A stretch of DNA of 64,000 nt from Perkinsela sp. CCAP 1560/9. Taxonomy: Eukaryota; Protista; Euglenozoa: Kinetoplastea. The stretch covers positions 124,001 to 188,000 of the forward strand of contig CBFFSA010000013.1 of the NCBI GenBank assembly GCA_965644495.1. Reading direction: 5' to 3'. Numbering within the stretch: the first letter of the stretch is position 1; each line of letters begins with the position of its first letter. Shown piece after piece: positions 56,185 to 64,000 of this stretch. The notes beneath the pieces are model-generated. The model was given only the letters and a program-made list of their open reading frames with translations. It ran no database searches and was not told where the DNA came from. The position numbers were made by a program, and so were the translations under genes.

Positions 56185-58164
56185 TCATTGTTTCGCATTG
56201 CTTTCTAGTACGACATCTAGTGCGTTGTTTCCAGTTCTGTTACGAACGTAGGAAAGGAAGGGTGCAGAAAGTTCCCCATAAGGAGGCCGTAGCTTTGTAA
56301 TGAGTAGCGTGAGTCGAGATGCCGAATGCAAGTCGCCAAGAGCCAGAAGCCGCCGAATAAGCACCATCAGAGGATAGGAATCTAGTACGACAGGAGGTTC
56401 ATAGTTTTGCATCAATCTTAGCGTGAGTTCGAGGGCATCGGTCATGTGATCATAGGTTAAAAGTTGCTGAACAGCTAAATCAAGTACTTGAGGTGTGATC
56501 GCCACACCCTTAGCTTCCATTGCTTCCACAACTGAGAGGGTGATTGATGCCTTTATGTGATGATGTCCACATGCATACAATGCACAATGAAATGAAGTTG
56601 CATCAGCATTCAGTCCAAAGATACCTTCAATCGCTTCCAACCTCTCAAAGGTACGAAGTTCGTCGCCTTGCAACGCACATGCTAAAACCACTAAATTGAG
56701 AGAGCCGAGTTTCACCGCAGGAGTTTTTGTCGTGTCGTCTTTACACTGTATCGAATCGCGGTGTACGGTCTCCAGGAAATAATATGCACTATCGACCCGG
56801 GCCTGCGAGCACAGTTCCTGTCCCAGCAGGTGCATGACAGCCATTCCGCGGGAGGACACATCTCCGGACCAATCCTCTAGCATACGCATCCCCCTCTCTA
56901 CGTTTCCCCGGGAGAACAGTGCGTGTACCATTGTGACGACATCACGCTGCTCGGCTAGCACTCGCCGCTGAGTGTTTGGGAGTAATGAAATAATTTTGTC
57001 AAAAGTTTCTACATCACGGTAGCGCCAACACTGCCGTTCCATGTGCCGCAACACAGAGGGAGATAAAGCCCGTGCTACCTCGCTGGTGTGTTTCTCATAT
57101 AGGTTGACCTCGGGGAAGGTGCCAGTAAGATCAGGGTTATTTTGAGCTCCGAGACGTAATGGAGAAAAAAGGGTAGTCGAGGGTCGTTTGTCTTCCCCTA
57201 GTCCGGTAGAGGAATCCCCTACATCCACTTCTGTAGACTTGATCATGACTTTGTCCTTGGCTGCAAAAGAAATATCTTTTTCCGAACTGTCAGTTCTGTC
57301 TTCATCGCTCGTTGACAGAATATTTTTTTGAGGTATGCTTGAAGCGGAGTTTGCTTGCGTGGCAGCAAAGGAAATTGTGCGATACATGAGGTCTAATAAT
57401 TCCGGAAGAACGGAAGGCGCAAAGGAAACATCGCGCGCTGCCCAATAGATCCATAGCGTTAGCCTCTCCGGTGTTAGTTCGGGCTTGTAATCCTGTATCG
57501 GAGCGTCAGGCCACCTCACTTTCTTTTCTATGTTAGTCGAATCTGGTAGGCAACGTGACAAGGTGTCCAACATTACTTGAGAGGACGGCCAACATCGCGC
57601 TAATGCTTGAAATAGACTGTGATAGGCATCGTTCGGGGCGCGTAGTTGCCGGCGCTCCATTTCCTCCCACAGGGCCGTAGGATCCGTACCATTTTGTAGT
57701 TGTAATGCTATCATGTTTTGGTACGTATGGGCATTTTTCTCCAGCCCTAGTGCATGAATTCGTTGCTCCACGTCACACAGTATAGATGGCGTCACAACGT
57801 CGGTGCACTCCAGTAGGCAAGCAAGGTAGGTGTTAAAAAGCTCCAGCACATAGCTCCGGGTGTTACAGCTCAACGTGAGATCAAGTATTTTGTGCAGCCA
57901 GGCGGTGGATGTGCCTCTCGTTGTGTACGCTCGCAGAAGATGGATACCAACTAATGCTGCTTCTTCCGTCTTTCGTACGTAGGATGCCATTGTGCGACCT
58001 TCTTGGAGGAAGGTGTCGAATTCGGTACAAATAGAAAGAGCTACCTCGTTGCGACTACGGTCGGACTGCGTTATCTCTGCGAATCTTACACATGGTCTAA
58101 GCTTCGACACTGTGTCACTTGTGAGTACGCTGTATACCTGCCAACGTCTACATATTGAAAACAT
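56185..58164 (-). CDS. Mitochondrial PPR-like helical repeat protein
   Basis: Short MFSICRR presequence; degenerate PPR motifs (NAHTYQNMI, PNDAYHSLF, SLNLVVLACA..GD...FE...FGLNADATSFHCALYACG). Confidence 0.72.
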   Translation of the reverse strand: MFSICRRWQVYSVLTSDTVSKLRPCVRFAEITQSDRSRNEVALSICTEFDTFLQEGRTMASYVRKTEEAALVGIHLLRAYTTRGTSTAWLHKILDLTLSCNTRSYVLELFNTYLACLLECTDVVTPSILCDVEQRIHALGLEKNAHTYQNMIALQLQNGTDPTALWEEMERRQLRAPNDAYHSLFQALARCWPSSQVMLDTLSRCLPDSTNIEKKVRWPDAPIQDYKPELTPERLTLWIYWAARDVSFAPSVLPELLDLMYRTISFAATQANSASSIPQKNILSTSDEDRTDSSEKDISFAAKDKVMIKSTEVDVGDSSTGLGEDKRPSTTLFSPLRLGAQNNPDLTGTFPEVNLYEKHTSEVARALSPSVLRHMERQCWRYRDVETFDKIISLLPNTQRRVLAEQRDVVTMVHALFSRGNVERGMRMLEDWSGDVSSRGMAVMHLLGQELCSQARVDSAYYFLETVHRDSIQCKDDTTKTPAVKLGSLNLVVLACALQGDELRTFERLEAIEGIFGLNADATSFHCALYACGHHHIKASITLSVVEAMEAKGVAITPQVLDLAVQQLLTYDHMTDALELTLRLMQNYEPPVVLDSYPLMVLIRRLLALGDLHSASRLTLLITKLRPPYGELSAPFLSYVRNRTGNNALDVVLESNAKQ

Positions 58165-58751
58165 ACCGCTTACCGAGCCATTGAATATGTGGAAAATCTC
58201 TAATACTCCATATCATTGTGCTACGTACAAGGGATGGCACTCGTACATGGAGACAAAACATTTATAAAAATCATATACTGTCTCTTTCATAAATAATTAT
58301 AATTATTAAATATAAAACTTTTGGATTTATACTTTGAACGAGAAAGTGATATCTTAGCCCCCTTCAAGCAAAAAGTAAGGGCGGCAGCTTAGAAAAGTTG
58401 ATCTTTCACCGTTTCAAGAAAGAAGCAATCAAAGACAAGTATTCCACCACGTGACAAATCCAATGTTTGATATATGTTTTTGCTCATTTTTTTGGTATTA
58501 AATTACCTTCATCTGCGTATTCCACAAGCGCTCCGGCTCAGTCGATTTCGGACCATCACACCGTTGCTTACTGCAATCTTTGTTCTTGCACTCCCCTTAT
58601 ACTTCCAAGAAACTTACACTTCCGTCAACCGTCATTTTTGAGTCAACCAAGGAAGAGAACTCAGGTAAACTTTAAAAGACCTCAAGAACATTGGAAGCCA
58701 TTTGGGGAAGATTTACGCTCACGTAACAGGACCCGATTGGATGCAAGATGA

Positions 58752-58922
58752 AGACCCCATGAACCCCCTTTTTTTTCAATTTTTCAGTTTTGGACCACCG
58801 GAGCCCCCTTTTATAGTTTTTTCTTCTATTATATTACTGTGTTCCTCTTTGTATTTTGACTGTTTTTGTTCACTTTTTTTTCAATAATCGAGGGTAGAGC
58901 GGTAGTTTTACAACCACCGCAA
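58752..58922 (+). mobile_element. Terminal fragment of the hairpin-ended element
   Basis: Matches about 15615..15787 and stops at the same ...caaccaccgcaa|t end. Confidence 0.85.
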
Positions 58923-58944
58923 TGCATACTAAACGGCACATTTA

Positions 58945-59456
58945 TAATGCATATAGCACATTCAGATGCATATTAGCACATTCACATGCATATAGCACAT
59001 TCAGGTGCATAACAGCACATTCACATGCATAACAGCACATTCTAATGCATATAGCACATTCGCATGCATATAGCACATTCACATGCATATTTCTCAATTT
59101 TGTTGATCCTTCCCTTTTAATCACAAAATTCAAAAAACGTGTAGATATTGTTGGCTCATTGGCCCGGCTGGCCCCTCCGTGCGTTCGGCCTCTCATTTCT
59201 CCCAAAACAACTACCACCTTCCCCCCCTATTTAGCGGGGGTCGCTCGGGTGGAAGGGGGGGAAGGTGGTAGTTGTGGGGTATGGAGGCCTCTCGCAACTC
59301 CGGGGCCTCACCGGGAGCAAAGGTGAGCTTCCATAGCACCCCGCACCAACTTTTCGAAAAAGTTGAAATCTGTGCCTAAAATTTTATGCATTTGAATGTG
59401 GTGTTATGCATGTGAATGTGCTATATGCATGTGAATGTGCCGGATTTATGCATGTA
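58945..59456. repeat. 19-bp minisatellite (gcatatagcacattcacat) arranged as inverted arrays, foldback-like
   Basis: Array at 58945..59090 and its reverse complement at about 59385..59456. Confidence 0.75.
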
Positions 59457-59755
59457 ATATAATTTATATTACAGTTATTTTTAATTACGGTTATTTTTAA
59501 TTAAGATTATTTTTAGCCCCGAAAAAAATAACTTTTTTTTCATGTCTATCACCATCGACCTCACTTTCATACGAAACGTAAACCTTTATAAAATGATCAC
59601 AGACGAATCCAACGGCTTGGTCGCTTAAAAGCTACTCAAAAAGTATGTTCAAAAACTATTAATTTACGAGTGGACTATATTACGGTTAATTTAATTAAGA
59701 TCAATTTTAGCCAAAAATAACCTTAAAAGCGTAATTAAATAATACTGTAATTAAA

Positions 59756-61107
59756 TAAACCCCGCGTCATGAAAAGTGAGCCCCCACTTTTTTTTCGTAC
59801 AAGTGTCCGTTTGAGCTGATTTTTGTTGCATTTTGCAGATCTCAACACAAGGACTTTGCGCGTGAAGAAATGAAACAAAAAGAAGCGAATACGTATATTT
59901 TATTGAGGAATTACCATTTTTTCACCTTTTCGCCTTTCAATCTTATACACTCCTTAAGGCGTGAGTCAAAGCTTAAGACCGTTTTGTCGATCACATTTTG
60001 AGACAAGCGAGACCACGCTTTGCGTACACATCGGATGAGTGAAGGCTTATCCGATGGGGTCTGTTCGTCCACCGCCCCTTGGACCATAGACCAGACGTTT
60101 TCTATTGGGGAAAGATCTGGTGAGTTGGGGGGCCAATTTTTCAGAAGTTCACTCATTGCGCTTTCAATGTACTCCTTTGAGGCACGAGCAGTGTGTGCCG
60201 TTTCCCCATCTTGCTGAAAAATAGGGGGGAATTTTTTTTAGGGGGGAAATCTACCTCTTTTAATGTTTCTATGTACGTCTCACTTGTAATAGATGTGTCA
60301 TTTTGTAGAATTACCAAGTACCTCCACCCCACCCCTACAGCACCCCAAACTTGGCATCTTGGTGCCCGACGTACTTTTTGACGCGGGGCTGCTTTTTGAC
60401 CGCGCCTTACCCACATTTTTCTTCCGCCATCATTCGTATCAAATGTTTTTTCGTCTGTAAAGATGACACGGGAAGTATCCATATTGTAATTCAACTCAAA
60501 TTGAACTCTTTTTACTTTTTGTCGTTCGGTAAGCCCTTGGCATAGCGGTCGAGCGGCATAACTGTAATCCAGGGATGATAAGTCTCTCTGTAGAGTTCTT
60601 TTTGAAACTTGTATATTCTTTTTCTTCAATTCGGCTGCTATGCGCCTTGATGAATTGAGTCTCGGTACTCCAGCGGGGTCAAGAGGGGTTATTATCTTCT
60701 CAATTTTCGTTTTACGAGTTTGCATTATTTTTTTTCGCTCAGGACTCAAAGTGTATGCTGGGGTAGTTTTTTTTCGTTCAAATATTTTTTAACTATCCTT
60801 CTAGAAACGTTGAAATCACGGGCTAACTCTTTTATTGGTACTCCTTGTCCGTGCCTCATCTTTAAAAGAACCTTTCCAGTAGAAGTCAGCCCCCCTCTTG
60901 GGAGTCGATATGGTGATTTTGGCATTTTTGAAAGAAAAGTTGAAAAAATTAATTTTTTTTTACTGAATTTTAAAGTTTTAAAATGAGCTAAAAACAGCGG
61001 GAACGTACAGATCTCAAAATTTTGAACGACAACGTGGTATGATAACCGCCCCACGACCCCCTGTGCTAAAAATAGGGGGGGGTCACTTATTGGTGACGCG
61101 GGGTTTA
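59756..61107 (-). mobile_element. Tc1-like element with a DD35E transposase (59911..60925, two frameshifts)
   Basis: TIR taaaccccgcgtca...; HTH (IKELARDFNVSRRIV), IFTDEKTF, QQDGETAHT..WPPNSPDLSPIE. Confidence 0.88.
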
Positions 61108-61719
61108 TAACACTGTATGTAAACTTATCTGCCAAGTCAGCTGACTGGCAGCTGACTGGACAGTCCACTGTAATATGGTACTGTAAGCTAATATGTCTAA
61201 TATGGTACTGTAAACATTAAAAATCTACTCTAAACAGTATAAATGGTTGATGGTTGCACTGAAAGTGCATATCTAGCGCTCCTTGGTACCATATTGTCTG
61301 ATTGAACCTTAATTTTTCACGCTCAGGGCATCGTTCTGAACATCTTAATAATTATTAATAATTATTAATAATCGTTAATAATTTTTTAATAATAATTATT
61401 ATTAAAGCCTAAAATTATTAATAATTCTTAAATAAATTAAATTCTTAATAATTCGTCTTACGTATACGAAATGCAAAATGCATTTTTTGATAGTCAGCTG
61501 GCTATTTTTCCAGGTGGTGGCCAGCTCACCATTGCTCCAGGGGGTGGCCAGCTGGCCACTTTTTCAAGGCCGAGAAAATCATACCTTTTTTTCGTTCATT
61601 TGTTATGCCGTCGGCGAGTGAAATGCGTTTCAAAAAAAAAGACATTTCTGGAAGTTAGTTAATGAGCTCAAAAATATTCCCCAAACTTTGAAACAGCTGT
61701 AGTCTGTCAATTTTGGGAA

Positions 61720-62430
61720 CCTCTGAGCTGCCTTACAAATCATGTGACCTATACATGACAAAAACGTAATGGTGGGAAACGCAAAACGTAAGCCTTGCTC
61801 AAAGTTCAACAGATCATCTTGGCCAACACCATCAGTCCGATCATAAATTTCGCGCAGATGACCCTCGCAATGCAACCGGGCAACATGGTTAACTGCACTG
61901 CCGTCGACCATGAGAAATTTTAGTTTTTTTAGTCGATCAGCTCCGATGTTAATCATTAAGCTGCTAATGAAAGTCTCGGCCATGAGTTTTCCATCGAACG
62001 CCTTGTGTTGAGGTGAATAAAGTGGTGGAAGAACATATTCTTCAGCCCCCACATATAAGATGCACAAGAGCAAATGTTCACTCTTTACCCGATCAATACC
62101 TGCATCTACCGCTGCACCAAAAAAACGTGATTATCGATGTGGTCTCGAAGAACCCCCCATAATTCATTTGCCAGAACGGACTCGCATTCATGAAGTTTTC
62201 GAGTTGTCTTAGGAAAAAATGCAAGAAATTGTGCGGCAGTCACGTTAGGAGGCCACTGCTCCAAAAAAGAGTGAACAAAAGTGATAAATTGCTGTGATGG
62301 TGTGCTCATAAGAGCGTGCACACATGGAACTACCCGCGTTGCGTACACCTCCGCATTTTGCCGCATTGTTATCGTGCTGTTTCGTTCCTCCTCTTCCATT
62401 CGAACAGTCCGAAGATCACATTCCTTTCTG
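61720..62430 (-). pseudogene. hAT-like transposase N-terminal half (same family as 35077..37396)
   Basis: AVDAGIDRVKSEH, LYVGAEEYVLPP, MVDGSAVNHVAR, LSCIGHM. Confidence 0.88.
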
Positions 62431-62827
62431 TGTCGTTGGTAGTGATTTCGAGCCTTACTGTAAGACTAAAAATCTAAGTCTCTACGTAGAATTTCTACGT
62501 AGAACGCGTAGAATTCTACGTAGACTACCAACTATGCTTACAGTGAGTCTATAATTTATACCAGTATGCACAAGCAACTATACGAGTATGCACATACAAG
62601 CACATGTAGAGGTGCTCAGCACAAGTAGGAACATACGAAGTGAAGCAAATCAACACATCTATGAGATATTGTATAGTTGGTGGTCAACGTCTTTGTAGGA
62701 GTAGTATCTATATTACTCTTTTGCTACTGATATTTATTGCGAAGTGACCTCAGATGTTTTAATTCCTACGGACCAGGATGCTTGTTTTAAGAAGCTCTGT
62801 TCACTGAAGCGCAAGGGCATATAGGTC

Positions 62828-63652
62828 CGAAGTGTACTGGTACGTTGCTTACCAGGTGCTATCCAACACGCTAAGCGAGTAGTCAACGTTGAAAACATTT
62901 TTGAAAAAGTTACCTCTATGGCAGGAAACGGTAAAACTACCGAGGGCGTACAGAAAATGGAACTTGCGTGCGCAGCTTTGCTATCCGGAAACTTTAGTTC
63001 ACGAAACGTAAGTGATGAGATACTCGTCGCTCTACGAGATGCCGTATTTGAAATTGAAGTAGACTCCAAAAACATGGAAACAAAGGAGCCAACGGAGGAA
63101 AAACCCGCGCATGAGCTTTCCTCTGCGCAGAAGCGCCTAAAGGAGATCCAGGATCAGGTTCGGCCGTATATCGGCACCATGGACGATCCTCGTTGTGGAG
63201 AACTGATCCACAAATGCCTTTTGAACGTGGGGTTCGCCAGTGAAAGTTGGATGACCCCAGAAATTGTTGCAAATGTGCGCAACGTAGTAGGAAAGGCTCC
63301 CTACATGCGATATTATGCGCAGCTCTTCACGAAGCATCCAGCTGGAGACCCACTTCCAGATGTGAGTAACAAGGGAGTTCGCCTGGTAATGTGGAGTCTA
63401 TTATGCAAGCTTGGATCTGTAATGATGTCACACCGGCTGGCGCATCACGGAAAGATCATCGCAGCAGAAAAGATAGAAGAAACACTATTGAACAACGAAC
63501 ACATCAAAGTTGATCATAGTATCGTGGCGGTTATTGCAACTGATGAGAGAGCTACGTCACAGGTGAACCTCAAGAGCTCAGCTCAAAAGTGTTATCGGGA
63601 AATTCGTGATTTTATCACCCGCCTCGTTTCACCCACACCCGGCCAACCATAA
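62828..63652 (+). pseudogene. P-loop NTPase-like fragment
   Basis: Walker A-like SMAGNGKTT and Walker B-like VAVIATDE; upstream in-frame TAG; 3' end runs into a repeated sequence. Confidence 0.45.
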
Positions 63653-64000
63653 AGACGAATAGGCAGAGGTTGTAAACAACCCCCGCAATTATAAGCACAT
63701 AATCCCAGAATAAGGTCAAGCCGAAAATAAAATTTGGTTTTACGAACGTCTACTTTATGATGAGTCATTTTGCTCCTCTCTTGAATCATTTGATTCAGAA
63801 GAGCCCGAAGGCTGAGTAAGTCTGTAAGAAAGTAAGAGTTGGAGGGATGAGGGAATCCAAAAAGGGGGGATGAGTAAGTCATTCAGTAATTCAGTAAACA
63901 AGACAATGCTTAATTCAGTAACCCGGGGGTCAGGTTACCATTTAAAGGTGGATTACCGTTTAAATTGCAATTTACAGGTAGAGATGTATTTACGAGTCTC

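Overview
Eukaryotic, intron-less protist DNA, most likely a kinetoplastid. Evidence: a kinetoplastid-type mitoribosomal bL32m, a paraflagellar-rod-family protein, a spliced-leader-like sequence, and LRR proteins of the type I associate with Perkinsela (organism assignment is inference from recalled sequences; no search was run). All 15 recognisable host loci lie on the minus strand, as in a polycistronic unit. They are bL32m, Clp1, Rei1/ZNF622, a DNA 3'-phosphatase, a PFR-like protein, SPCS2, a PPR protein and eight LRR loci. More than half of the window is nests of DNA transposons: Tc1 (DD34E, DD35E), pogo fused to a Ulp1-type protease, an unusual hAT-like family with 6-bp TSD, Merlin, GAG-terminated elements with 3-bp TSD, MITEs, a TSD-less hairpin-ended element, and a DIRS/TATE-like RT-RNase H remnant. 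The best candidates for something new are: (1) a modular LRR family with a shared N-terminal leader and motif plus alternative address tags (NLS-like or CaaX), possibly an effector repertoire; (2) the pogo-Ulp1 transposon; (3) the hAT-like family with an apparent DDD triad; (4) the hairpin-ended element; (5) an orphan SL-exon-like sequence and a palindromic double tRNA-half.
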